Source of the DNA: Nymphaea colorata | Lineage: Eukaryota | Length of the DNA: 64,000 bases | Direction of reading: 5' to 3' | NCBI RefSeq assembly: GCF_008831285.2 | Contig: NC_045138.2 | Span: forward strand, 8,680,001 to 8,744,000 | Shown: piece after piece, positions 23,491 through 36,431 of the stretch | How the letters are laid out: the number at the start of each line of letters is the position of its first letter | Position numbering within the stretch: position 1 is the stretch's first letter | Notes under the pieces: generated by a model | The model's database searches: none | What the model was told of the DNA's origin: nothing | Seen by the model: only the letters and a program-made list of their open reading frames with translations | Made by a program: the position numbers and the translations under genes

Positions 23491-26400
23491 TGTTTGCATT
23501 CCCAAAATTTATTTTGGTTTTTAGAGTGTTTTAGAAAAATGAGATTTTATGAGAGAAAAAGGGGCTCGCCTGTCAGATGAGGTCTGGCCATTCCCAACGC
23601 CTATGTTGAGGGTAACCCCACCAAGAACCAGCCTCTTGCTTTACACATTCCAATGTTTGAAATGTTATTCTAAATCTTATATGCATCTGTGTTCAAGTCT
23701 AAATAATTTTTTTTTAAAATGTTGACATAAATTTTGAAATGATTAAAATATTGTTTGATTTTAAAAAACGGAGCCCTCAGGTCTAGAACTATGATCTTAA
23801 AGGTTAATGAACCCTTAATAGTAACTTTAGAAACTTGAGATTGAATTGTTAGAATAACTAATAAAATAAATTGTTTAAAAAAGACACTTGTAAGATCATT
23901 TGAGTTCTTCAAATATTGTCACTAGAACTCAAATAAAAGATAACTTATAGTTGAAGATAGTTTTGAAAAATGAAGTTTTCAACTTGTTTGAGGAAATATG
24001 ATTATGAACATACTTGTAAATTATTTGTTTTGCAAAACATTACTTCAACTTGTCATGCTTTGATTATGAACAAACTTGTAAATTATTTATTTTGCAAAAT
24101 ATGACTTCAACTTGTCATACTTTGCAAAAGCAAGTTTTCCAAGTTTTGTTTAAAAAATAAGATATCAAAATAGATAGATGATGACCATAGTTCTTGTTCA
24201 TCATAGGCCAAAGAGATAGATATTTACAATATTGCAAATATCAAAATAATATGTCGAAAAGAGTAAAAATTTGATTTTTGAAACAAGAAAATGTAGGGGT
24301 GTTTGCCTTGAATGGTAGGTAAGTTTAAACATTTTATCTTAATTCAATTATCATCTCATTATGGCTCGATCTTGTCTTGCTTAAACTTCTTGGAGATGTG
24401 CTTGTGAGTATTTATGAGTCCAATAAGTAATTGTATATACGTAATTACATAAATTATATATATTTAACAAAAAAAACATTCCTACTACAACATACATCAA
24501 TGGAGAAATGGAATAGAAAAAATTGATGAAAATTAATAGAGGTAAAATTTCATCTAACGAGTCACTCAATGATGTACTGAAAATATAGGTGGGCCAATGG
24601 AAGGCTAGAAGGATGATGAAAAAAATATGAAAGATGGATTTGCAATTTAAAAAATCGAAAATGACATGCTCAATGCAAATTAATATGTACATCAAGTGTT
24701 CTTGTGTTGCACATGTCTCCACCTCAAATTTATAAAAATAAAAAATAACTCACTCCCAATCCTTACATCGTAATACACATCCATATACAATCAATTCATC
24801 AAAATAGAGAATTAGATAAAGAAATGAAAAGATAGATATGAGATGATAGAACAAGAATAGGCAGAGAAAAATTAAAAGAGAGAAAGAAAAAAATGAAAAT
24901 ACATAGAAAGCAATAAAGATGAAAGACGGAGAGAAAGAGAGAGATATTTGAACGAGAAATAGTTAAATAAGACAGAAAAGAAAAAAATAAAGAAAAAGAG
25001 AAATAAAATGAGAAATTAAAAAGAAAAATATATAAGTTAAAATGATAGAGGAAAATTAAGAATGAGAGGAATAAACATTAAAATGAAAAGGAGATGAGTA
25101 AAGAACGAGACAAAAAAGAAAGTTAAAATGAAAGAGGGACAAGTTAAAATGAAAGAAAAAACAAGTTTAAAAGAGATAAACGAGTTAAAAGAAATGAACA
25201 AGCTAGTTAAAATGATAAAATAAAAGTTAAAAAGAGCAGAAAAAAAATCTTGAGAAAAATGTTTGCCTTGGTCATGCTCTCAATTCTTCAAGGAGAATCC
25301 TGAGCTCCGGAATGACTCTAAACATTTATCTGCTTGTTATGAAGAAAAGAAACAAGAAAATGGTATAAAGAAAAGTTATAAATACCTTAAAAAAAGATTT
25401 AGTGTAGAGGCGGATCCTTAACTCTTTCACGTAAAGAACCTCCTTGATGGTAGTTTGAATGGGTTGGATATTCTCCTCAAGAGTTTTATCACAAACTCCT
25501 CCAAGGTCTCCTCTTGTTGGAAATGAAGTTTTGGAGTTGAAGATTAGGAGAGCCAAACAAGAAAAATTGAACAAGAAGAGGAAGAGGAAGAAGAAACCTA
25601 GGAGATGAGAGAGAGGGCTCAAAGACTTGAAAAGATGATGGATTTTTTTCATATTAAATGAGATGAGGAGCTATTTATAGATGAAGGAGGCTGAAGGGTA
25701 TTGTGGTCTTTTTTAAAATTAAGTTAGCCATTAATTAGTCATTATTGGCTTAAAAGTAGCTTAAAACACTAAGATGGTCAAATCTGTCTAAAAATAGGTT
25801 GACTGTGCCAGGGGGCAAGCTGCCCACCCAAGGCTCGCCCAACCTAGGCCTGATCCATTGGCAGGCCTAAACAGGACGAGTTGGCCCACCACAGGCCCAT
25901 TCTGGCCTGTGTTGGCTGGCCGCAGGCCTAGCCTGCCTAGGCCTGGTTGTGCTAAGCTGGGATTGGTGGGCCAAGGCTGTACCTAGACATGCCAAGCGCC
26001 AGGGCCAGGATTGAACCGGCCAAGGCGGTGCCTGGCTGCACCTGGTATGGCCAGACCAGCTTTGGACAGCCTGCCACATTGGTTGTGGGCCTCGCCAGGG
26101 GTTTTTTTAGTATTTTGAAGGAAAACAAGGTTATTTTGGCAAAGAAAGGACATTTCGAGAAAAGCAAGGGCATTTTGAGAAATTCAATGATATTTTCAGA
26201 AAATCAAGGGTATTTTGAGAACCTTGAATCAGAAACTATTTATATTTAGAAAATGATCAGAATGTCTGGATGTTTGGACATGGAATGATCCGTGACTTGT
26301 ATTCGGATCTGAAAATGGATGATCTGAAAATGGATGTAGCTCTTAGATTTGGAGTTGGATCTTGATCAAAAGCTTAGAATGGATAAAAAATAATATATTT

Positions 26401-27329
26401 GGATTTGGATCTAAAATTTATATTTAGTTTTGTATCTCAGACTTAGATATAGATTCAGGTAAAACATGAAATTGGATCTAAATTTGGATCTATATTATGA
26501 ATTAGGAACCGAACAAGGATATGGATCTAGACTTTAGGTCTTGGGTTCAGATCGGGTTTGAATTGATATGAAAGCACAAATTGGGATGAAATGAGACCAA
26601 AATTGAGATTTGGATCAGGGTCTAGATCTGAAGTTCTGTTGTGGATCCAGTTTTGGAATTTAGATTTGGATAGAGATATATTTTGTATGTGGTTTGGATC
26701 TAGGGATCTGTTTTGGATCTGGGACTAGTATTTGGATCTAGATTCGGATCTAGGGCTCTGTTTTGGATATGGATTTTGGCTTTGGATCTAGGAATTTGTT
26801 TTAGGCTTCTAATGAGTTTTTGAACAAGATCCCAGTTTGAATTATAGAATAAGTCTACATTGTGATTGAGTTTTGTGTTCAAAGTTTGAAATTAGATCCA
26901 AAGAAGTCCCAAATATCGAATCAAGTCATATAAGAAATTGAGCATAATTAAGAAAAATTGAAGTGTTTGAAGCCGAAAATCCTTAAAAGTTGTCATAAAG
27001 TTATCACGAAATATTCAAAAAATGTTAAATATAGAATTTTAAAAAACTTTAGGGTTAAAGAACCCAAATCTTGTTCAAACGAAAATTTTGGTTAAAAAAT
27101 TAAAATGTCGGAATCGCATTTCAGGTTTAACCCTTTACTTTAATGGGTTGTTTGAGCTTATGTTGTAGGTTTAACCCTGCATGGGTTGGCCAAAATTAAA
27201 TTCAAGTTTAACCCTCCTGAATGTGTTGCTTCGGTTTGCATTGTAGGTTTAACCTCTTACCTGCGTGGGTTGCTCTTTTGTCCATAATTTCAGGTTTTAC
27301 CCTTTTTTTGAGTGGGTTCCTCGAAAACA
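23491..27329 (+). mobile_element. Probable ~3.8-kb LTR of a decayed, apparently non-coding LTR element
   Basis: Starts TGTTTGCATTCCCAAAATTT, ends ..GAAAACA and is followed by a PBS-like AGTGGTA. Its first ~740 bp recur at 29537-30230. Confidence 0.5.
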
Positions 27330-29536
27330 AGTGGTAGTGCCAAGAAAGAACCCTCATCACCTCAAATACCTTTGTTGAAGCTGGGAATGAGACCCTATTG
27401 CTCCTACATTGGTTGAGACAAGAAGACTTCCTATCATCTTGACTGCCTTATGGTAAAGTTTTTGTCTACATCGAAGGCTGAGTTTTGAATTTGCTTAGTA
27501 AAATTCTCCAACCTAGTGCTTGGGTTGAGCTTACTTTGAAAAGCCCTTGGCCAAACGGTTAAGTTGCACTTGCTCCATGAGGTTTCTTTGCCTAGTGACA
27601 TGGTTCAGCTAGCTTTAAAATGTTCTAAACCTAGTGGTCGAGTTGCAGTTAATCAAATCTTTAACTTAGCAACTGAGTTGATTTAATTGGGATATGACCC
27701 TTTTCTTAATGGACAAGGATGATTTAAAAGATTTGTTAGAATAATTCTTGTGAAACAATATATATATAGTGTGTGTGTGTGTCGAAAAAGCAATTTGGAA
27801 ATGACTCAAGATATTCATAATTAAAGAGATGCCCCAATGTTATCAATTGCCATGACTAGTAAGAGAGAATCTTATTCAAAACAAAATGTGTCAATGTATT
27901 GGGTAAAAGATTGATGGTTGATGTCTTGAGTTGAGACTGAAGTGAAGAAAATAATGGAAAATGCCTCGACAAAAAAAAGGTGTGGATAAAATTATATAAA
28001 AATTTTTGATATATTTTTCACTAATAAGAAAATGAGGGTGCAAGGTAATATTATGTGTATGAACTTAGGATAAAAGAACTTTTGATTTGTCTTTAGTAAC
28101 AAGCAATTGAGACAAAGGTTTCTAGAAAAGAAACTTATTATAAGAATATGATCGGTAGATAGTGATTTTCATAGCGAGATTTCAAGTTGATAGCATTTAA
28201 AGATAATATAGGAAAATGGAGAAAAATATGAGCAATCTATTACTTGTGAAAAATCGGACTTTGAAAATGATTAAAGCTTAGGCTGAGTAGAAGGTACATA
28301 ATAAATACATGATATTTGATTCAAGAAGACATAAACTCCATATGGGTGAATGAATCAGCTAAAATCACGTGTAGAGCAAAGGTTGGTAATCAACTTGGAA
28401 TAACTGATGACCCAATCATGAAAGTAGTAAAATAAGAAGAAAGGTGTACTATGGGTGTTGAAGCTAGAAAATTATGAGGTTAAGCATAAAGGAGGATCAT
28501 AAAAAAATGCATGAATTGAGTTAAACAAAGTTGGTTTTTGAACCAATAGATAGGTATCATGTTCAAGAGTAGGAGGTTGGACAAATGAATATATGAGGGA
28601 TTGACAAGGTAGGATAAAATGTAGATTTTGAAGCAATTCTAAAAAAATATTAGACTTGCCAAATGATAGAACTTGAAAAAAAAAAGTTAATCGATGTCAC
28701 TTAGGTAGTAGGGTTAAAGCATGAGTTTGGGAGGTGGTCATGCTTAAGATTACATAGAGATGATTGAAGAAGATACTGATTTAAATGAAGAAGGTGAAAT
28801 GTGAAATTATTAAATTGATCAAAGAATGTATGGAAGACTCACGTGCTACAATGATAAACATCTAGTACTTTCTAAAGTTGCATACGCATATATTTGGAAA
28901 AGGAACATTAGACCTTAATTGGGTTTGGTTTGATTAGTTATGACTATTCTATATACGATATATCAATATACCTTAGCCAAGAGACTTAGTAACAAGCATA
29001 GATCCCTCCATTAGGCAATTAAAATATGAGTTTCTCATTTCTTCTTGGTCACCTGTCAATATACCATAAATTATTACTCATGACACTAACAAAAAGGTTT
29101 TCCCGCTCAAGGTGTGGACTAGTTGTAACATGATGATCGGGACAAATAGGTATAGAAAGCTTTGAAATATGAGCAATCAAGTAAAATCCGTTTTCTAATG
29201 CAATGTTGTCTAAGACAGTGATTAAATAAGTAACTAAGACGGTGATTAAAAAAGGAGAGAACATATAATGTTTTCAATCAAACCTTAAATTGAAGTGGTT
29301 TGTACGTGAATTCTAAGTTTAAGTGAACATGATTAAGTATCCTCAATTATTCATAGATGCAGGAAAGCATATAAAAACCATATCATCAAACCATGCTTAG
29401 AGATATATGTAATGGAATGTCAATTAGATTTAGGCCATGAAGATAGGTGCATGATTAGTATTGGCATTAAAGATAACATTTAAAATTTAAAATGTGCAAA
29501 TAAAGAGACGAGTTAGACGATAGTGGGACCCATCAC

Positions 29537-30230
29537 TGTTTGCGTCCCCAAAATTTATTTTGGTCTTTGGAGTGCTTTAGAAAAATAAGGTTTTATTTTG
29601 AAATGAAAGAGAAAATGTCTTGCTCGTCAGAGGTCTAGTCATTCCCAACACCTTTATTGAAGGTAACCCAATCAAGAACTAGTCTCTTGCTTTGCACATT
29701 TCGATATTTGAAATGTTATCCTAAATCCTATATGCATGTGTGCTCAAGTTTAAATTTTTTTTTGAATATTGAGACAAATTTTGAAATAATTAAAATATGG
29801 TTTGGTTTTTAAAAAAAGGTGCCCTCATATCTAGACTATGGTTGTAAGGGTTAATGAACCCTTAATAATTAGTGACTTTAGACACTTGAGAGTGAATTGT
29901 TGGAAAAGCCAAATAGTATGAAAAAAAATTGTTTAAAGAAAGACTTCTAAGATCATTTGGGTTCTTCAAATATTGTCACTAGAACTCAAATAAAAAATAA
30001 CTTGTATTTGAATATAGTTTTGAAAATTGAAGTTTTCAACTTGCTTGAAGAAATATGATCATGAACATACTTGTAAATTACTTATTTTGCAAAATATGAC
30101 TTCAACTTGTCATGCTTTGTAAAAATAAGTTTCCTAAGTTTTGTCTGAAAAATAAGATATCAAAATAGATAAAGGATGACCATAGTTCTTGTTCATCATA
30201 AGGCCAAAGAGAGAAATTTTGCAACATTGA
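29537..30230 (+). repeat. Truncated second copy of the 23491 LTR-like repeat
   Basis: Colinear with 23491-24235 from the same TGTTTGC start. Has a single copy of the ~62-bp unit that is duplicated at 24000-24124. Confidence 0.8.
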
Positions 30231-31058
30231 AATCAGCTCAATTCTACTAGCATCTTCTTAAACCCGTGGCAAAAGTTTTATGACAGACCCTTCATGATCT
30301 GGATTGTTGATAACTTGATTTACTATATAGCAGTCTACAACTTGCATTCTTTGTACCCAGCTATTATTCTGCACCAAATATGAAAAAGTTCCCCATCCTC
30401 GGTTGTACAACAATCATATAGATCTGATCTATTCCCCAACTTCCAACCGATCAAGTGACTAATCTCATACCACACCCATTTCAGGTCTTTCCAAAACTAT
30501 GGTCATACTGAACTTTTGTTTGCATATTCATAGGCTTTTACCCTTCAAATCTCAGACCAATTTATGTGTTGTGGCTCTTAACGTAACACTGTATTGGAGC
30601 TGAGAATGATCAAAATGCCTTGCTACTACAATGGAAGACCCCTTAGCCAAAAATTGCATAATAAAATAGATTAATGCAGTTTTAAGATTCACCAAAGCAT
30701 GCATTTATACCTGATAAATAAACACTTTAAAAATTCTTATACTGCAGTTGTAACCAGCTACGTTAAATGATTTCAATGTCCCTAAACAATGGCATGCAGT
30801 GACAATTTTTGGTGTTATCATCAACTGGCATGTACTGACTGATTATAGCAGTGGCTGGACTACCAGTATTACACTCTTCAATTGGGAAGGTATCAAATTT
30901 GCTGACTGATCATCCTTTCATTAGTTTGATTTTACGTTTTTGGATTCATGCAAACAAGAAAAAAACTGCATTCCCTCATGCAATGACATCTCTCTCGCTC
31001 TTTTTCTCTTTTTATATGCATGCACCAATGTTGTTGGTATCGTAGTCTGTGTATGCAC

Positions 31059-31954
31059 CAATGTTATCTATACCATCGGATACGCATACGTATCATACGA
31101 AAAACCTATACGGTATGCTTACGATACACGATACGTTTGTGTATCGTAAGCATATCGCTCGTATTGTATAATGCAGGCATCTGTATCGTACAATACAGGC
31201 AATACAACTCTGTATCATATGATTTATACATGGAAAAATGCAAAAAAAGGGGCCCAACGGTAACTTTTTGCGTGCGTTATGTTTTAAGGTTCAAACACTC
31301 CTCTCTCTCTCTCTCTTTTTGTTTTTAAAGACACCAAGAGACACAGGAGGGAGAGATTTTGCCCATTTTCATAAAAAATCACTAATGAATCATCGATTTG
31401 GGAGAGCCTACTACCCAATGAAGAAACTTTCTTGTAGTGGAAATGGTGAGATGCTTGGAGAAAGAAGGTTTTTTTGGTTTCTAACACGAAGAAAGTAAAA
31501 AAATTACTTATTTTCATCGTTGATGATGACACAAATGACGAGAATTATCGTTGAATTAAGAAAGATGATAACTATATGTTTTGAACTTATGAATTGTGAT
31601 GTAATCTAAGTCCTAGACTTCAAGTCCTAAGACTCTAAGTCCTAAGATTCTTAAAATTTTCAAGTTTAAAATTGTGATGGATGCTTATTATATTATTTTG
31701 AATCTCTGATTTCCTATTTTTGAATGTGTTGTTGATATACATGAATGTTCCTTATGTATGATGATTTTTTTATATGATACATTTATCTTGATTTTTTTGT
31801 TTTTTAATGATTTTTATGACTTTTTTATTTTTTCTGATTTTTTTAAATTAAAAATTAATTTTGCGATATGCTATGCTAGGTTTGTGATACGTTACGATAT
31901 AGAGTATAAGTTGGCCCGACTAATATGTGTTATGTTATACCTTTTACAACATTG
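31059..31954. mobile_element. Non-autonomous hAT-type element
   Basis: CAATGTT..AACATTG termini, perfect 8-bp TSD GTATGCAC (31051-31058, 31955-31962) and GATAC/GTATC subterminal repeats. Confidence 0.8.
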
Positions 31955-32007
31955 GTATGCACAACCAATCACATGAATAACCTCTTTTTTTTTTTTCTTT
32001 CCTCCAC

Positions 32008-33040
32008 GACACATCTCTCCACATTATCAGGGTACCATGATCGAACAATATTTTCAGTTGATTGGTCAAGGTTATAGAAATCTATTGGATTGTCCATATG
32101 AGGACATACTGAAGTCCAGAAATGGCACAAATGGCATTAATGTGGTTGCGTTATAGGTTATGGAAGAATTCTTTTGAGTTGTGACTTCATTTTGTCTGAG
32201 ATTTTTAGTCCTTCTTGATGGCTATTACCATAAAGGCAGGGCAGTTAACATTGATATTCGGGACTCTTAAAGATCCTTGTAGTTCATGTGCTTTTTACTT
32301 TAGTTATTTCAAGTGTTATGAAGTTGCTGTTTTTAGTCCGATTAATGTTCTTACAATTATTTCAGGGATGATATAATTGCTAATGGAGCCGGTGAGGATT
32401 CCATCTGCCTGTTCTGTGGGAGCACTGAATCATCGGTACTAACAGCTTTCCTTCCTAGCGTGTCCACTGATTTTTTGCTTCAAGTTTATTAGCAAATAAT
32501 CACTATTTTAAAGTGATAATCAGATAATTTCATTTTTTTGCAGAACTTGGGAGAAAAATTGAGGTCTTGCTTATATGTACAAGAGCATGTGCTATATTAA
32601 TTTTGTCTTCACTGATTATCTTGAATATGCTGTATCTTAGCCTTATAATTTCAAAATTTTATAAGTTGGTCAACTTTCCTTACCCAGACACATGCACGTA
32701 AGGCGAAGTTGAGTTCTTCATTCCTTCAAATGAGTTGCTTTCATGTCCAAAGGCTGCTAATTTAGCTTATTCATTTTCAAATTGCAGGTTAATGGTCCAT
32801 CATACGAGTTGCTACTGAGAAAGAGAAGGCCGAGAACATGGATATAAATTCAGTTCAGTGGCATCCGAAGGTAGAGTTATTGTTTTTCTTGTCAGTCATC
32901 TATCCTTATTCCAGTTGCATTATCAATTTAAAAAAATGCTACAAACTTCTCGAAAAGAAAAATTTGCAGATGTCTCTCACCTTCTAGCATCTGGAGTGAT
33001 GATGGAATAATAAAGATTTGGGAGTTGACAACTGAGCCAC
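32008..33040 (+). pseudogene. CIA1: CIA1 (cytosolic Fe-S assembly WD40 protein) 3' fragment, last four exons
   Basis: Exons 32008-32070 (HLSTLSGYHDRTIFSVDWSR), 32366-32435 (DDIIANGAGEDSICLF), 32788-32870 (VNGPSYELLL..MDINSVQWHPK) and 32970-33040 (LLAS.SDDGIIKIWEL) match the recalled plant CIA1 C-terminus. Single-base frameshifts; first acceptor reads CAC. Confidence 0.85.
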
Positions 33041-35179
33041 GACATTCCCCAACTTCCAAAGCTTATTTTTCATACTGGTTCTGAAACTAGATGCAAGTCA
33101 TCTGTTTCACTCATGTCATGTAAAGGACATACAGAACCATCTCCTTGTGTGTTTCTCTTTGTAAAGTTGATAGTCTTTATTTGGCATATTATTAAAGTTG
33201 ATAGTCTTTATAAAGGTGAACTACAATGTAAATTCTCTGACCACAAATCATTTCAATGTAATTTGGGAAATAAGACATAGAATTAGTGGTACAAATATTG
33301 CACTACTGATATCAAAGCAATTAGTACTACAAATCTTTCGTCAGTATTTAACTGGTTATTAAGCATTTTCAGTGGCGAAACTAGCATGCTACAAAAAGTA
33401 TTCAATAGTGCAAACTTGTCATCATTAATTACTATAAATGACGGATAGACTTTTTGTCACTTTTTGTTTCAGTGATGGGATTTACAGTGACGCGTAGTGG
33501 CGCAACGATTTTGTCATTGAAAAGTTTTAGTACCCCACTTTTTGTGCAACTAAATGTCATCCCTGTTGTAGTGCCTGAACTCAATTCAAGTGTAACTTGT
33601 GGTAAATCAAAGCAATTTGAAGCTAAGACCATATTAATCATCCTTTGTCAGTTTACCAATCCATAAACTTACGTTCGTTCATCCTACATCAAAGTCAACT
33701 AATTCATGTATGCAAACATGGCCCTTAAGCGTTTTTCACTACTCTGCCAGCCTTCTTGGACAGCTTCTTAGCATCCATGTCACATGATCTTTTCAACATA
33801 AGTTGAAGAATTAATAAACATTTTAAACCTAAAATCATAAATAACATGACACACACATGACCCAAAATTCATTCTACATCATTCTTCGCATTCCATCATT
33901 CTTAACAATACATATGATATATTAAATTCAGCAAATTCTCATACATATGCACCTAGAATCTGCTCCATTCAATCCTATTAATGTTGTTGAAATCAAGGCT
34001 CATGCAAACTAAAGTTCAAGTCCTAAGTCACCTCATACTCATACCCATGAAAGCACATCAATTTAATGCTGAACTGTTAGCCATGATCATCCAGACAAGT
34101 TCAAATTGCCCGCTATAGCTCCATTGAGCTTCCAAACCTGGTCAAATCATAGTTAGCTTCACTTAAAATGTTCTCCTCCAGAATGGGTTCCTTTCGTTTC
34201 TCTGATGTAACAAGCTTTCACTTGCAGATTCAGCTTTATTCACAAGAATCTATCAATGATCAATGTTAGAGCTAAAAGTGAAATGAACGTGAGGTAGCCC
34301 TTTTGAAGAAACCAGTCCTCGTTTCAAGCTTGAATCCCGGCAACACTTTCTCTTAGTTTCAAGCTTGGTTCACTTTCTTGACCAGAAACTAGATCATCAT
34401 CAGATGCTCTAGTTTGGCTCAAGCTCGTAGATACAAGCAAAGGGATAAATTGATTACTAAATCATAAGAGAATGAACCAAAGAACGCCTACCAAATTTGA
34501 AGACGTCTACGCTCGATTGACTTGATTTTGAGAATTGTACGAATTTAAGCCAAGAAATCCATGCCACTATCTTATCCTAATTCACTTTCCCTGTTTCCTT
34601 CTTTCTCTCCCTCTTTCTCCCACTCTTGACCAAAAAAGTTTCCCTTTTGAGCTCAAGGTTGAAAGTTAATTAGACAGTGTGCGATACTTTTAATTTCCCC
34701 CTTTGGCCCCCACCACTGAAAAAATTAATAGTAGTGTATAGTTGCTCATTTTTCCCTTGATTTTTTTGTATATCTCTGGTGGTCTTAGACTTCCATTCGA
34801 TTTTTCTTTTTCGATCACATCTGTTGGATATTGATTAAACCCATTATGGATCCAATATATGATTCAATTACTTTACCATTTCAGGCCTCGGGTGGCTAAA
34901 TTTCTTTTGGAATAGACTCTCATGGTTGAAGCGGCTTTTAGATGCCCTCATGGTGCATGAAAATTTCGTGCATGGGCCTGTGATGCTGCCACATGGTGAT
35001 CAATGGTTTTCAAATTCGACAATTGAATTGAGAGTGGCAGCCAATAAATTTACTTAGTCAAGAATGTCCCAATCGATTGCGAAGGCAAGAATGATTGTGT
35101 CAGTTCATGCAAGTCATTATGGCTAATATACTCATATGAGCAGCAAACAAGCATCTTCATTTTTTGTTCCTGCCCTTTT

Positions 35180-35620
35180 TGTTATCTCATATGTCCTTCA
35201 TTATCTTAGACACTATAGAACCTATTTCGTTATCTTATACCCTGTCATTATCTCATACACTATAAGACCTGTTTTGTTATCTCATACATCTGTCATTATG
35301 TTATAAGATCTGTTTCGTTACATCATACCCTTGTCGTTATCTTAGATGCTATATGTTTCATTATCTCATGCCTTCTTTTTTATTTCAATTGCTATAAGTC
35401 CCGGTTTGTTATGTCATCCCTTGTCGTTATCTCAGACGTTATAGGACATCTTGCTTGTTTCGTTATCTCATACCTCTGTCATCATGTCAGGTACGTTTTG
35501 CTCATTTCATTATTTCATACGCTACAGAACACATTATTTGGTCTTGCTTCTTTCATTATTTCATATGCTATATGGCGCGTTATTTGGTCCCTCTCGTTTC
35601 ATTGTATCATACGCTATATG
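35180..35620. repeat. Degenerate minisatellite (~45-50-bp units)
   Basis: Recurrent TGTTATCTCATAC..GTCATTATCTCA..CTATA motifs. Confidence 0.65.
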
Positions 35621-36074
35621 ATGCATGTGCAATGTTAGGACGTTGAAGTAAATATGCACATTATACCTTCTTTGTCACAAAAGTTGATATTGAAAGTTCA
35701 TATATTGTTTGTAGGGTCCACCCTGTGCCGTATGCTCGTTGTATACATAGGGTGGCACACAAAACTCGTTCTCCCTCAAGGAGGGCTATTGACTTCTTCC
35801 AAGCTTCTTGAATAATAATTAATTGTCACTTAATAATTCCACCGAAATGCTTCTTTGACAATAAACATATACTTAGGAGCAATGTCATAGTCAGAAATGT
35901 TGTCATGAGTTTCGTAAACTTTTCTGCATGGCCGTGGAAGCAAAAATCTTATTTATAAATACTTCGAAACTGTACCTTTGTATATGAATTTTTTACTGTA
36001 AGCACTTATCATCAATGACTACCAAGCTTTATGGGAATAACACCATACAGAAAATAGGCAACCAAATAGCAAAC

Positions 36075-36284
36075 TTGAAATCGTCACTATATTGGCATTA
36101 GCAATGGTTTATGGTGTCGCAACCGTTCATGGTATCTTTAGTGATGATTTATGGTTCTTTAGCAATAAAATTTTAAAATTTGAAATAGTCACTATATTGG
36201 CATTGGCAATGGTTTATGGTGTCACAACAGTTCATGGTAGCTTTAATGATGATTTTTAGTCCTTTAGCAATAAACTTTTAAAAT
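36075..36284. repeat. 105-bp tandem duplication
   Basis: TTGAAAT(C/A)GTCACTATATTGGCATT.. starts at 36075 and again at 36180. Confidence 0.85.
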
Positions 36285-36293
36285 TTAATCATT

Positions 36294-36431
<138 letters not shown>

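Noticed and set aside
33301..33573. CACTAC..GTAGTG as a small CACTA element
   Set aside because: The inverted match is only 6 bp and the 3-bp flanks differ (TTG versus CCT).
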